From assembly GCF_004010195.1 (NCBI RefSeq), contig NC_057751.1:15731677-15795676 (forward strand): DNA of 64,000 bases, read 5' to 3'. The notes beneath the pieces are model-generated. The model had not been told where the DNA came from. It saw only the letters and a list, made by a program, of their open reading frames with translations, and did no database searches. Of this stretch, positions 40,130 to 53,764 are shown piece by piece. A program made the translations under genes and the position numbers. Positions within the stretch are counted from its first letter, which is position 1, and the number at the start of each line of letters is the position of its first letter. The DNA is from Chiloscyllium plagiosum. Its lineage: Eukaryota.

Positions 40130-42896
40130 TTCCCAGGACAGGGACAGCACGGGGTTAGATACAGAGTAAAGCTGTCTCTACACTGTCCCCATCAAACACT
40201 CCCAGGACTGGGACAGCACGGGGTTAGATACAGAGTAAAGTTCTCTCTACACTGTCCCCCCATCAAACAGTTCCAGGACAGGGACAGCACGGGGTTAGAC
40301 ACAGAGTAAAGGACTCTCTACACTGTCCCCCATCAAACACTCCCAGGACAGGGACAGCACGGGGTTAGATACAGAGTAAAGCTCTCTCTACACTGTCCCC
40401 CATCAAACACACCCAGGACAGGGACAGCACAGGGTCAGATACAGAGTAAAGCTCTCTCTACACTGTCCCCCATCAAACACTCCCAGGACAGGGACAGCAC
40501 GGGGTTAGATACAGAGTAAAGCTCCCTCTACACTGTCCCCCCATCAAACACTCCCAGGACAGGGACAGCATGGGGTTAGATACAGAGTAAAGCTCCCTCT
40601 ACACTGTTCCCCCATCAAACATTCCCAGGACAGAGACAGCATGGGGTAAGATACAGAGTAAAGCTCTCTCTACACTTTCCCCCCATCAAACACTCCCAGG
40701 AGAGGGATAGCACGGGGTTAGATACAGAGTAAAGCTTCCTCTACACTGTTCCCCCATCAAACACTACACTGTCCCCCATCAAACACCCCCAGGACAAGGA
40801 CAGCACGGGGTTAGATACAGAATAAAGCTCTTTCTACACTGTCCCCCATCAAACAATCCCAGGACAGGGACAGCACAGGGTCAGATACAGAGTAAAGCTC
40901 TCTCGACACTGTCCCGCATCAAACACTCCCAGGACAGGGACAGCACGGGGTTAGATACAGAGTAAAGCTCTCTCTACACTGTCCCCCATCAAACACCCCC
41001 AGGACAAGGACAGCACGGGGTTAGATACAAAGTAAAGCTCTCTCTACACTGTCCCCCATCAAACACCCCCAGGACAAGGACAGCACGGGGTTAGATACAG
41101 AATAAAGCTCTCTCTACACTGTCCCTCCATCAAACACCCCCAGGACAGGAACAGCACGGGGTTAGATACAGAGTAAAGCTCCCTGTACACTGTCCCCCCC
41201 ATCAAACACTTCCAGGACTGGGAAAGCACGGGGTTAGATACAGAGCAAAGCTCTCTCGACACTATCCCCCATCAAACACTCCCAGGACAGGGACAGCACA
41301 GGGTTAGATACAGAGTAAAGCTCTCTCTACACTGTCCCCCCCATCAAACACTCCCAGAACAGGGACTGCACAGGGTTAGATACAGAGTAAAGCTCCCTCT
41401 ACCCTGCCCCCATCAAACACTCCCAGGACAGGAACAGCACGGGGTTAGATACAGAGTAAAGCTCCCTGTACACTGTCCCCCCCATCAAACACTCCCAGGA
41501 CTGGGATAGCACGGGGTTAGATATAGAGCAAAGCTCTCTCTACACTATCCCCCATCAGATACTCCCAGGACAGGGACAGCACAGGGTTAGATACAGAGTA
41601 AAGCTCTCTCTACACTGTCCCCCCCATCAAACACTCCCAGAACAGGGTCAGCACAGGGTTAGATACAGAGTAAAGCTCTCTCTATACTGTCCCCCATCAC
41701 ACACTCCCAGGACAGGGACAGCAGGGGGTTAGATACAGAGTAAAGCTCTCTCTACACTGTCCCCCATCAAACACTCCCAGGACTGGGACAGCACGGGGTT
41801 AGATACAGAGTAAAGCTCTCTCTACACTGTCCCCCCATCAAACACTCCCAGGACTGGGACAGCACAGGGTTAGATATAGAATAAAGCTCTCTCTACACTG
41901 TCCCCCCATCAAACACTCCGAGGACTGGGACAGCACGGGGTTAGATACAGAGTAAAGCTCTCTCTACACTGTCCCCCCATCAAACACTCCCAGGACTGGG
42001 ACAGCAAGGGGTCAGATACAGAGTAAAGCTCTCTCTACACTGTCCCCCATCAAACACTCCCAGGACAGGGACAGCACGGGGTTAGATACAGAGTAAAGAT
42101 CTCTCGACACTATCCCCCATCAAACACTCCCAGGACAGGGTCAGCACAGGGTTAGATACAGAGTAAAGCTCTCTCTACACTGTCCCCCCATCAAACACTC
42201 CCAGGACAGGGACAGCACGGGGTCAGATACAGAGTAAAGCTCTCTCTACACTGTCCCCCATCAAACACTCCCAGGACAGGGACAGCATGGGGTCAGATAC
42301 AGACTAAAGTTCTCTCTACACTGTCCCCATCAAACACTCCCAGGACAGGGACAGCACGGGGTTAGATACAGAGTAAAGATTCCTCTACCCTGCCCCCATC
42401 AAACACTCCCAGAACAGGGACAGCATGGGGTTAGATACAGAGTAAAGCTCTCTCTACACTGTCCCCCATCAAACACTCCCAGGACAGGGAGAGCATGGTG
42501 TTTGATACAGAGTAAAGCTCACTCTACTCTGTCCCCCATCAAACACTCCCAGGACAGGGACAGCACGGGAGTTAAGCTCCCTCCACACTGTCCCCCATCA
42601 AACACTCCCAGGACAGGGACAGCACGGGGTTAGATACAGAGTAAAGGTCTCTCTACACTGTCCCCCATCAAACACTCCCAGCCCAGGGACAGCACGGGGT
42701 TAGATACAGAGTAAAGCTCTCTTTCCACTGTCCCCCATCAAACAATCCCAGGACAGGGACAGCACGGGGTTAGATACAGAGTAAAGCTCTCTCTACACTG
42801 TCCCCCCATCAAACGCTCCCAGGACAGGTACAGCTCGGGGTTAGTAAAGCTCTCTCTGCACTGTCCCCCATCAAACGCTCCCAGGACAGGGACAGT
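40130..42896 (+). repeat. ~70-bp minisatellite array (about 40 units)
   Basis: Same unit, head-to-tail. Confidence 0.97.
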
Positions 42897-43245
42897 ATCA
42901 CCTATTTAAATTATTACAGACACCACAATTTGTGATTTCAATCCTCCCTCATGACTTAGGATGCAACACCTGCTGATCCCAAGGGCTGTGAAAATCCCAT
43001 CGGATCACATCTGAACAATCCAGCTGCGAGATGTTGGTACACGGGAATGCATTATGGGATATGCATGTTCAGAACTGGAAATGGGATGGATGTGCTGGAG
43101 GAGGATCTGAAATTATTGTCGAAATTACTGTCAAAATAACTAGGAACTACTGGAGTTCCTGCCTTCCATTTCACTGCTGTGCCTCACCACTTCAGTAACT
43201 CGCGCCCCCCTGCACTTGCTGGTTATTTTGTAGAAATTATCTTAC

Positions 43246-43298
43246 CTCAATGTTGGGTGTTTCCACATGAAAACTCTTGTTTGACATCATTGCGACAT
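43246..43298 (-). CDS. FER1L5: Ferlin linker exon: DVAMMSNKSFHVETPNIE
   Basis: ctcaccccacag acceptor, GAG|gtaag donor, 53 nt; phase 1->0 bridges the flanking exons. Low homology, supported by splice sites and phase only. Confidence 0.7.
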
Positions 43299-43454
43299 CT
43301 GTGGGGTGAGAAAAGAGCGATTTGAATGAAGAAAATGCAAAAGCATTGGTTTCAGTTACGTTTGGAGGACAGTAAAACCTGGCCTCCTTCTGAGTGGTAA
43401 CCCTAGTGGGTCTTTGGGGAACTGCAAGGTCCTAAGCTTCCATGGTGTCTTGTT

Positions 43455-44075
43455 GGGACCCCACCACCAGAGATATATTCCTCTCCCAACCCCGATCAGC
43501 GTTCCGGAAAGAGCCATTCCCTATGTGACTCCCTTGTCAGATCCACACCCCACTTCTGGCATCTTTCCCTGCCACCACAGGAAGTGCAAAACCTGCGTCC
43601 ACACCATTCCCCTCACCTGGGTCCAAGGCCCGAAGGGATCCTTCCACATCAGTCAGAAATTTACCTGTCCCTCTACCAATGTCATCTACTGCATCCGCTG
43701 TATCCAGTGTGGTCTCCTCTACAGTGGGGAGACCGGACACCTTCTTGCGGATCATTTCAGAGAACATCTCTGGGACATCTGCACCTAACAACCCCACCGC
43801 CCCGTGGCTGAACACTTCCAACTCCCCCTCCCACGCTGTCAAGGACATGCAGGTCCTGGGCCTCCTCCATCACCAAACCCTGACCACCCGACACCTGGAG
43901 GAAGAATGCCTCATATTCCACCTTGGGACCCTGCAACCACACAGGATAAATGTGGATTTCAACAGCTTCCTCATTTCCCCTCCCCCCGGCAATGTCCTAG
44001 TCCCAAGCCTCCAATTCAGCACCGCCCTCCAGACCCGAAACGTCGATTCTCCTGCTCCTCAGATGCTGACTGACC
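43455..44075 (+). mobile_element. Penelope-like element 3' fragment (GIY-YIG)
   Basis: NVIYCIRCIQCGLLYSGETG..HFREH; 3' end shares gaaacgtcgattctcctgctcctcagatgctg with the 12.1-kb copy. Confidence 0.85.
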
Positions 44076-45490
44076 AACACTCTCGACTTCAATGGTATCC
44101 CCAAGTTCCAATGAAAAGACCTCCTCCATCTGAACATATCACTCAGATTATAAAAAGGATAACAAACTTGTTTTCTAAGTTGAGTTCAACAATGTCAGGT
44201 TCCTTCAATTTGCTCTACAGTCAATTAAGTCCTTTGGAAGTGTAGTCTCATGGGAGGTGGTATATTGCTAATGTCACTGTGCAGCTCATCTTCTGGCGAC
44301 ATGGGCTCAGATCCCAACAAAGACAGATGGTGAAATTTGCATGCAATAAAAAACTTGCCTAATGTCAATTGTCATAGCAACCCACCTGGCTGACTGAGGT
44401 CCTTTAAGGAAGGACATTCGCCTCATCTGGCCTACACACGAGACTCCAGGCCCATAATAATGTGGTTGACTCTTACCTGGCCCCCCCCGGACATTCAATG
44501 CTGGCTGAGCCAGCAACACCCATATTATCCCTATGCATTAATAAAACAAATGTCACAGTTGCAACGCAGCTGCCAATTTGTGCACAGCAAGCTCCCAGCA
44601 AACGTAACAGGACAATCTCTTTTTTGTCATGTTGATTTCAGGATAGCGATTGGGCCGGTCACCATGGATAAACATCCTGCTGGTACCTGAAATAGTACGA
44701 TGGATTCTTTTACATCAGACAAGGTGGAACTTGAACCGGAAACTGAGGTGTGATTGATGCTCCTGGGAGGCTGGTAACCACGGGAAGATCCCATGTGTGG
44801 TGATGCTATCACTTTCAGAGATGATTTTGTCCTGGTTTTTATTTTGAAGTGAGGTTGTAAGCCAGAGGACCAGAGCTATCTCTGAGAAAGTAAACAATTT
44901 GATTTGATTTATTCTTGTTGTCACGTGTACCTCAGCTTGGTGTTATTTTTTTAAACTGGAACAACGGAGGCAGCTCTCACACACCAGGCTTTCTCGTTTC
45001 CAAGTTTCCTTTTAAGCAGAAGCCCTTGGGGTCTGAAAAGAATTGGAAGCTTCAGCGAGTGTCTCCTGGCTGCTCGTCTCTCTGAATCTTCTCTCGATGT
45101 TTTTATCCCTCCGTGACTGGAGAACTGCATGTGAGAATCTGTATTTGAATTTGCCATTTTGCCAAGGGGTGTGTTTATGAGATGTTACCATATGGGAACA
45201 GTTTCTTACAGATAGGTATTATATCTACTATTCAGTTAAGTTTTCCAATTGTTATTCTAAATTCCTCTTTCTGCTGTTTGTATCTTCAGTAGTGTTGAAA
45301 TAACTTGTGTTTTGCTGAAAGTCTCGTAGTTTTGACTAGTGGCATCACATCTGGAACACGGCACTTCACGTTTACCTTTAAAGTAAGAAAATATTAGGGT
45401 CCAGGCTAAAATATTTTGAGGGAGTCCAGTCTGGCCCATAACACTTGTATGAAAACTTAATGCACATCGATTGAGGTACCCATAGGTTAC

Positions 45491-45644
45491 CTTCAGTTTC
45501 GAGTGAGCCAGCGAAAGGATCGCACATAAACTCGCTGAGAGATTTCACTGTCGTCTGCCCGACCACTGGTTTGTACCCGAACGGTCGATAATCCAGCACC
45601 TTCAGCACAATGGGAGGGCTGTAGATGGAATCTACAGGGAGAAA
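45491..45644 (-). CDS. FER1L5: Ferlin exon: FLPVDSIYSPPIVLKVLDYRPFGYKPVVGQ...CDPFAGSLETE
   Basis: cctcag acceptor, gtaac donor, 154 nt, phase 0->1. Confidence 0.9.
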
Positions 45645-46676
45645 CTGAGGCAAAGTGACAATCATAAATCACAGTATTATCACTGCGGAACAACCACAAA
45701 GCTGGCACGTTTGATCATTCATCCCCGTAGAAGTGAGGCTGAGGCTTAAACCCTATCTGGGTACCCTGCCCGCAATTCACACAGTGATCACCCGTACCCA
45801 GGATGAGAGAGTTTTATAACCTTGTGCGATCTCTCCAACTCGTTCTGCAATTTCCCTCCCTCCTGTACAAGGTGATTTTGCAATTACTCCCACGAGAACC
45901 CAGTGGCATTGAGAGTTCGATCATCTGATATCGAGGGGAGACTGTTATGTAAGGGATTATGTCACCGGATTAGTAATCCAGAGGGTCAAGATAAGGCTTA
46001 GAGTTCAACAAACCCCAACACACCAGGTGGTGGAATTTCACGTTTCATTCATTAAAATCTAGCCAGTCTCAGTGATGGTGACCACAACACTATCGTCAAT
46101 TGTTATATAAACTCATCGCATTCATTAATGTTATTCAGGGTAGGAAGTCTGCTGTCCTTAGCCAGTCTGCCTGCAATTGGTCCCAGACCCATAGCAATGG
46201 AGCTGACTCTTAACTGTTTCTGAAATGGTTGAGTGAGCTACTCAGGTCAAGGGCAATTAGGAATGGGTGATGGCAAATATGGGCCTCAACAGTCGCACCC
46301 ACATCACATGGGAGAATTTTAAAAAATCAAATATCGCAGCGCCAACAGCAACTTAAGAAGCAAACGTTGAAGCAGCTAATGACCAAAAGATATGGCGGTA
46401 GAAGTAAGCCATTCAGTCCATGAAGTCTGATCTGCCAAACTCCAATCAATATTCAGCCTTTAGGTGTCTCCCCTTCCACCAGTTAGACCTTTGGTCAACA
46501 AGGTGTCACGGTCACCCTGGGTGTTCAACTGGGCCACAGTTCCCAAGGAACGTTCGAGATTTGCACCTCCAGTTAGAATTTGCTCATCCAAGTGTCAATG
46601 AAATGTGACAATTAGCCTCAGCACCAGTGGGTGCTGAACCCTGGGTTAGAGAGAGAAAGGTGAGGGGAAATGAGGC

Positions 46677-47775
46677 AGGGTCCTTATACCTGATCAGTGC
46701 CCACTGACCCCAGGGCAAATCAGCCAGGGTCCCTATACCTGATCACTGCCCACTGATCCCAGGGCAAATCAGCCAGGCTCCCTATACCTGATCACTGCCC
46801 ACTGATCCCAGGGCAAATCAGCCAGGGTCCCTATACCTGATCACTGCCCACTGATCCCAGGGCAAATCAGCCAAGGTCCCTATACCTGATCACTGCCCAC
46901 TGACCCCAGGGCAAATCAGCCAGGGTGCCTATACCTGAACACTGCCCACTGACCCCAGGGCAAATCAGCCAGGTCCCTATACCTGATCACTGCCCACTGA
47001 CCGCAGGGCAAATCAGCCAGGTCCCCATACCTGATCACTGCCCACTGACCCGAGGGCAAATCAGCCAGGGTACCTATATCTGATCATTGCCCACTGACCC
47101 CAGGGCAAATCAGCCAGGTCCCTATACCTGATCACTGCCCACTGACCCCAGGGCAAATCAGCCAGGTCCCTGTATCTGATCACTGCCCACTGACCCCAGG
47201 GCAAATCAGCCAGGGTCCCTATACCTGATCATTGCCCACTGACCGCAGGGCAAATCAGCCAGGTCCCTATACCTGATCACTGCCCACTGACCGCAGGGCA
47301 AATCAGCCAGGTCCCTATGCCTGATCACTGCCCACTGATCCCAGGGCAAATCAGCCAGGGTCGCTATACCTGATCACTGCCCACTGATCCCAGGGCAAAT
47401 CAGCCAGGGTCCCTATATCTGATCACTGCGCACTGATCCCAGGGCAAATCAGCCAGGGTGCCTATACCTGATCACTGCCCACTGACCCCAAGGCAAATCA
47501 GCCAGGGTCCCTATACCTGATCACTACTCACTAACCCCAGGGCAAATCAGCAAGGGTCCCTATATCTGATCACTACCCACTGATCCCAGGGCAAATCAGC
47601 CAGGGTCCCTATACCTGATCACTGCCCACTGACCCTAGGGCAAATCAGCCAGGTCCCTGTATCTGATCACTGCCCACTGACCCCAGGGCAAATCAGCCAG
47701 GGTCCCTATAGCTGATCACTGCCCACTGATCCCAGGGCAAATCAGCCAGGGTCCCTATACCTGATCACTGCCCAC
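46677..47775 (+). repeat. 48-49-bp minisatellite (about 22 units)
   Basis: Unit tatacctgatcactgcccactgaccccagggcaaatcagccagggtccc. Confidence 0.96.
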
Positions 47776-47828
47776 TTGCACCCAAACCTGCTGGTTGAGA
47801 GTATCCAGCGATTATCTGTCGAACCCAC

Positions 47829-47990
47829 CACTGTGAGGAAGTAGATCGGGTTTGGAAAGTTTGGGTTTTTCTTGTAGTTTTTGATGGGCGCTGTTTGAAT
47901 TGTCTCGCCATTGCACTCCACCACCAGGCTGGGACTTGTCACCTTCATCATATTGTAGTTTTTGATGTTTCTCAATCCCCAGGCAAGGAT
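47829..47990 (-). CDS. FER1L5: Ferlin exon: ILAWGLRNIKNYNMMKVTSPSLVVEC...KKNPNFPNPIYFLTV
   Basis: cttcag acceptor, gtggg donor, 162 nt; ILAWGLRN motif. Confidence 0.93.
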
Positions 47991-48454
47991 CTGAAGGTGA
48001 ACACAGACTGACGTCAGATTGGAGGCACACACCGACTGCTTCACAGTGCACAATGGACTTCACTCTTTTGGAAGAAGCAAAGGCAGCGGCCAGCCGGCAC
48101 ACAGGAAGATCCCACACAGAGTGACTGGACTTGTTGGCAGGATGACAGTTTGTCGGGGGGGGGTGGGGAGCTTCTTCTTCTGCTTCTGAACTGCCAGAGA
48201 GACTGGTGGAGGCAACTACAATAACAGCATTTAAAAGACATTTGAAGATGGATTGGAAAGGTTTAGTGGGATATGGGCCAAACACAGGCAAATGGGACTA
48301 GTTTAGATTAGGAAATCTGATCAGCATGGACGTGTTGGGCCGAATGGTCTGTTTCCGTGCTGTGTGACTCTACAAGTAACTACCAGCTACAAAGGGAGGA
48401 ATAGTCAGTCTGAGTAACACGGGGCTGGATCCTCCTAACTCTTTCCTGATTCAG

Positions 48455-50785
48455 TATGTGGATGTACCTACTGCAAAACTTGACCTACTCTTGGCAAATA
48501 CGGAGGAACAGGTGACTAAGTTATCAGTGGGGGAACACTTTGGGGCCAGTGACCATAGTTCTATTAGTTTTAAAATAGTGGTGGAAAGGGATAGACTGCA
48601 TCTAAAAGTTAAAGTTCTAAATTGGAGGCCGATTTTGACGGTATTGAGCAAGGACTTTCAAAAACTGATTGGAAGCGGATGTTAGCAGGTAAAGAGACGA
48701 CTGGAAAATGGGAAGCCTTCAGAAATAAGATGAGAGTCCAGAGACAGTATGTTTCTGTTCAGGTGAAAGACAAGGCTGGTAGGTGTAGGGAATGCTGAAT
48801 GACTAGAGAAATTGAGGTTTTGGTCAAGAAAAAGAAGGAAGCATATGTCAGGTATAGACCGCAGAAATCAAGTGAATCCTTAGAAGAGTATAAAGGCAGT
48901 AGGAGTATAGTTAAGAAATCAGGAGGGCAAAAAAGGGACTTGAGATAGCTTTGGTAAATAAAATTAAGGAGAATCCAAAGGGTTTTACAAATACAATAAG
49001 GATAAAAGAGTAATCAGGGAGAGAATAGGATCCCTCAAAGATCAGCAATGTGGCCTTTGTGTGGAGCCGCAGGAGAATGGGGGAGATACTAAACGAGTAT
49101 TTTGCATCAGTGTTTACTGTGGAGAAGGACGTGGAAGATATAGAATGAGGGGAAATAGATGGTGACATCTTGAAAAATGTCCATATTACAGAGGGGTGGT
49201 ACTGGATGCCTTAAAACGTATAAAGGTGATAAATCCCCAGGATCTGATCAGGTGTAGCCTAGAACTCTGTGGGAAGCTCGGTAGGTGATTTCTGGGCCCT
49301 TTGCTGAGATATTCCTATCATCGATAGTCACAGGTGAGGTGTCGGAAGACTGAAGGTTGACTAACATGGTGCCACTGTTTAAGAAAAGTGGTCAGGATAA
49401 GCCAAAGAACTACAGACCGGTGAGTTTGACATAGGTGGTGGGCAAATTATTGGAGGGAATCCTGAGGGACAGGATGTACATGTATTTGGAAAGACAAGGA
49501 CTGAGTAGGAATAGTCAACATGGCTTTGTGTGTGGGAAATCATGTCTCACAAACTTGATTGAGTTTTTTGAAGAAGAAATGATGAGGATTGATGAGGACA
49601 GAGCAGATGATGTGATCTATATGGACTTCAAAAGGCGTTCGACAAGGTTCCCCATGGGAGACTGGTGAGCAAGGTTAGATCTCAAGGAATAAAGGGAGAA
49701 CTAGCCATTTGGATACAGAACTGGCTCAAAGGTAGAAGACAGAGGGTGGTGGTGGAGGGTTGTTTTTCAGACTGGAGGCCTGTGACCACTGGAGTGCCAC
49801 AAGGATCGGTGCTGGGTCCACTGCTTTTTGACATTTATATAAATGATTTGGATGTGAATGTAGGATGTTTAGTTAGTAAGTTTGAAGATGAAACCAAAAT
49901 TGGAGGTGTAGTGGATAGCGAAGAAGGTTAGCTCAGAATGCAACAGGAACTTGATCAATTGGGCCAATGGGCTGAAGAGTGGCAGTTGGAGTTTAGTTTA
50001 GGTAAACGTGAGGTGCTGCATTTTGCAAAGTCAAATCAGGGCAGGACTTAATGATAAGGTCCTGGCGAGTGTTGCTGAACAAAGATACCTTGGAGGGCAG
50101 GTTCCTTGAAAGTGGAGCCCCAGGTAAATAGGATAGTGAAGTCGTCATTTGGTATGCTTTCCTTTATTAGTCAGAGCATTGAGGATAGGAGTTGGGAGGT
50201 CATGTTGTGGCTGTACAGGACATTGATTCGGCCACTTTGGAATATTGTTTGCAATTCTGGTCTCCCTCCATTGGAAGGATGTCATGAAATGTGAAAGGAT
50301 TCAGAAATGATATACAATGATCTTGCCAAGGTTGGAGGGTTTGAGCTACATGGAGAGGCTGAATACGCTTGGGCTGTTTTCCCTGGAGTGTCGGAGTCTG
50401 AGGGGTGATGTTACAGAGGTTTATAAAGTCATGAGGGGCATGGATAGGATAAATATATAAGGTAATTTCCCTGAGGTGGGGGAGTCCAGAACTAGAAGGG
50501 ATAGGTTTAGGATGACAGGTGAAAAATTTAAAAGGGATGTAATGGGCAACTTTTTGATGCAGAGAGTGGTGTGTGTGTGGAATAAGCTGCCAGAGGAAGT
50601 GGTGGAGGCTGGTACAATGACAGCATTTAAAAGGCATTTGGATGGGTAAATGAATAGGAAGGATTTGGAAGGATATGGGCCAAGTGCTAACAAATGGGAT
50701 TAGATTAATTTAGATATCTGGTCGGCTTGGACGGGTTGGGCTGAAGGGTCTGTTTCCGTGCTGTACAACTGTGACTCTATAACTC
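48455..50785 (+). mobile_element. CR1-type LINE, long degenerate fragment (endonuclease end to 3' tail)
   Basis: LDLLL..SDH, QHGF..KSCLTNLIEFF, VPQGSVLGP; multiple stops and frameshifts. Confidence 0.92.
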
Positions 50786-50949
50786 AAGAGAAGGGGAGGG
50801 GGGAGGAAGAAAGTGTCAGAGGATAGGAAGGGGCAAAGGGTGAGGTCAGGGAAGAGTTGAGGTGTTGCTGTTCAGTGGGTGGAGGGCAATAGGCAGCTAT
50901 GTGCACAGGGCCGGAGTGCGCGTGGGAAAGAGAGAAGAGGGTACATCAC

Positions 50950-51051
50950 CTCAATCGTGCTCAACTGCAGCTGCGGCCTGACTCCCAGAGGCACCATGTA
51001 CGATTCGGAGTCTCTCATTGGCGGTCGCGGAGGTAAATTCTGATCCCCATC
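50950..51051 (-). CDS. FER1L5: Ferlin exon: DGDQNLPPRPPMRDSESYMVPLGVRPQLQLSTIE
   Basis: gctcag acceptor, gtgat donor, 102 nt; YMVPxGxRP motif. Confidence 0.9.
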
Positions 51052-51351
51052 CTGAGCGATCACAATACAAACAAAGTCCGACATCATAAAGGCACAAGGC
51101 TGACTGGTCCGCCATCTAAAACCTTCCCCCTGAACTTTTGTTTCTGCCACACGGTGCTCCATTGCTTTTGCTCGGTACAATGATTATCCCAATCATGACT
51201 AATGGAGTGACATGGAGGTACTTCACTGTAAACATAACCAGGCCCTCCCCTTCACTTTCCTCCCAATCCGGGTTTGCCAGAAGCCCTGGCATTCCAACCC
51301 TGATCCTTCTTCCTGTTGAAAACTAAGATGCATGGAAATCTGAAATGGGAA

Positions 51352-51875
51352 TGGGGCAGCACGGTGACTCAGTGGTTAGCACTGCTGCCTCACGGCGCCA
51401 CAGACCCGGTTTCGATTCCCGCCTCGGGTGACTGTGTGGAGTTTGCACATTCTTCCCGTGTCTGCGTGGGTTTCCTCCGGGTGCTCCAGTTTCCTCCCAC
51501 AGTCCAAAAGTGTGCAAGTCAGGGTGGATTGGCCATGGGAAATTGCCCATAGTGCTCAGAGATGTGCAGGTTAGGGTGGATTGGCCGTGCTAAATTACCC
51601 ATAGTGCTCAGGGATGTGCAGGTCAGGGTGGATTGGCTATGCTAAATTACCCATAGTGCTCAGGGATGTGTGGGTCAGGTGGATTGGTTTTGCTAAATTG
51701 TTCCATAATGCTCAGGGGTGTGCAGGTTAGGCTGAATTGGCCATTCTAAACTGCCCATAGTGTTAGGTGCATTAGTCAGAGGGGAATGGGTCTGGGTGGG
51801 TTACTCTTTGGAGGGTTGGTGTGGACTTGTCAGGTCGAAAGGCCAGCTTCCACACTGTAGGGACTCTAATCTCTC
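51352..51875 (+). mobile_element. HE1-like SINE with an internal ~52-bp tandem expansion (about 5 copies)
   Basis: atagtgctcagggatgtgcaggttagggtggattggccgtgctaaattaccc repeated. Confidence 0.88.
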
Positions 51876-52789
51876 ATCTAAAAGTTTGCGTCGAATAGTT
51901 TTTGGGAAGGTGTGGTAGTGTTGGGGGGGGGAAGGGGAGTTCAAGGACTGAAGAGATGGAAAGCAGGAGCGACTGAGTGAGGAATGAGTTCATCGTCCAG
52001 GGTCAAAGGGAAGGGAGATAGGGTGAGAAACAAGGTAAGTGCTGAGAACCAGTGAGCTGCTAACTGTGACAGGATTCAGGCTCACTTCGGCACCAAAAGA
52101 AAAAGGAAGAGACAAGCCGAAACAAGCAAAGGACGCACAACGGCAAAAGGTAATACTCTCAAATTGTTGACTCAGAGGTTACGGTGGCTTCGTCATTGGA
52201 TACTTCTGAAGCAGCGACAGACAAGCTTTTGGGGGTCACAACATATCGAGGAACAGGGGAGAAAGTTGAAAATGTGAACGAGGAGCAGAAATGGGCCCTT
52301 CGGCCCCTCAAGCTGGTCCTGCCATTCAATAAGATCGCGGATGACCTGTTTGTGTTTCAAATTCCACTTTCCCATGGAAGCCCAATGACCGTCCATTCCT
52401 TTGTCTGTCTATAGAAGGCCAGCCATCGTTGTACCAAGTGGGGCAGCAGGCTCCAGCAGCCAAGTTGCGTCCACTCCTGCTCTGGTTGTTTTGCTGCTAT
52501 CCCTTCCACAGTGCTGATTGGCCTGGCTGAGTCTGACAGATCTCTACCCCAAGCTGAGAGAATGCCAAGAAAAACACCCAATCCTGTTAGCTTCTGGCCC
52601 AGAGCCAATCAGCACAGAAGGAGGCCACTAGGCCATCACTTTGCCAGCTTTATCTGACTGGTCTCACTCTCCATTGCCCTTCCCTGTCGCCTTGCAAACT
52701 TTTACGTTTCAAGTACTGATCCAATTCTCTTTCTGAATGTTATCCACTGAATCTGCTTCCAAAAGCTTTTCAGGCAGCACATTCACAGA

Positions 52790-53180
52790 TCACAGAATCC
52801 CTACAGTGTGTAAGCAGGCTGATCGGCCTATCGAGTCCACACCGACCTTCTGAAGAGCATCCCAACCAGACGCGACCCTCTACCCTGTCCTTGTAACCCT
52901 GCATTTCCCACCCAGCTTGCACAACTCTGGACTGTGGGAGGAAACCAGAGCACCTGGATGAAACCCACGCAGACATGGGGGGGTGGAGAACATGCAAACT
53001 CCACACAGACAGTCACCCAAGGCTGGAATCGAGCCTGGGTCGCTGGCGCTGCGACAGAGCAGTGCTAACCACTGAGCCAGATCAGAGTTCAATAGTGTGG
53101 GTGCTGGAAAAGCACAGCCGGTCAGGCAGCATCCAAGGAGCAGGAAAGTCGACGTTTTGAGCATAGGCCCATCATCAGGT
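52790..53180 (-). mobile_element. HE1-like SINE next to a Penelope pLTR fragment with a mutated hammerhead (53148-53180)
   Basis: SINE at 52790-53080; minus strand CTGATGA-TGGGC-CTAT-GCTC-AAAAC-GTC. Confidence 0.75.
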
Positions 53181-53449
53181 CAACCTCACCCTCGCCCCCC
53201 CCCCTAAATCTCAACCCCAGGTTCTTCTGCCCAATATGTTAAATCCTCGAATCCCTGTTACCAACTCCCCTGCCACTGGGAAATGCTTGACTTTCATTCC
53301 AAAGCCTTCAGGGTTCAGAATGCCTCTACTCAATCCCAGCTTAAGCTTCACTGCTTGCATGAGACTCGACATCGGGTTGGCAAAAAATCAAGTTAGCGAT
53401 CCAGTAGCTCAGTACACGCACTTCTAACAAGGTAAGAAAACTCAATTAC

Positions 53450-53608
53450 TCTCTGCTTCATGAGTAGTTCAAAGGAAACCAGCAGCTCGCCACTGAACCG
53501 TTCTCCCCGGAAGACAGGATGCCACTGGAGAGCCGAGACGTACTGTGCCGTTGAGTCTAGCCTCACACTCGGGAAGCACAGGGCAGCACCCAAATATTCG
53601 TGTTTGCT
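53450..53608 (-). CDS. FER1L5: Ferlin exon: SKHEYLGAALCFPSVRLD...LQWHPV...GELLVSFELLMKQR
   Basis: ttttgacag acceptor, gtaatt donor, 159 nt, phase 0->0. Confidence 0.9.
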
Positions 53609-53764
53609 CTGTCAAAACAGAGGAGGAAACATCAGCACTTCTCCCCGTTCTCCCAACACCACTTTACTCAGAGCACCAATCAGTTCCATGGTCCGAACGG
53701 GAGACAGGATTCAAGTCACCCAGTGAGGGATGAACTCGATCAAGGGTCAAAGAGTGCAGTGGGA

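Noticed and set aside
40130..42896. CRISPR-like appearance of the regular arrays
   Set aside because: Head-to-tail units with no unique spacers, no cas genes, and a vertebrate intron context
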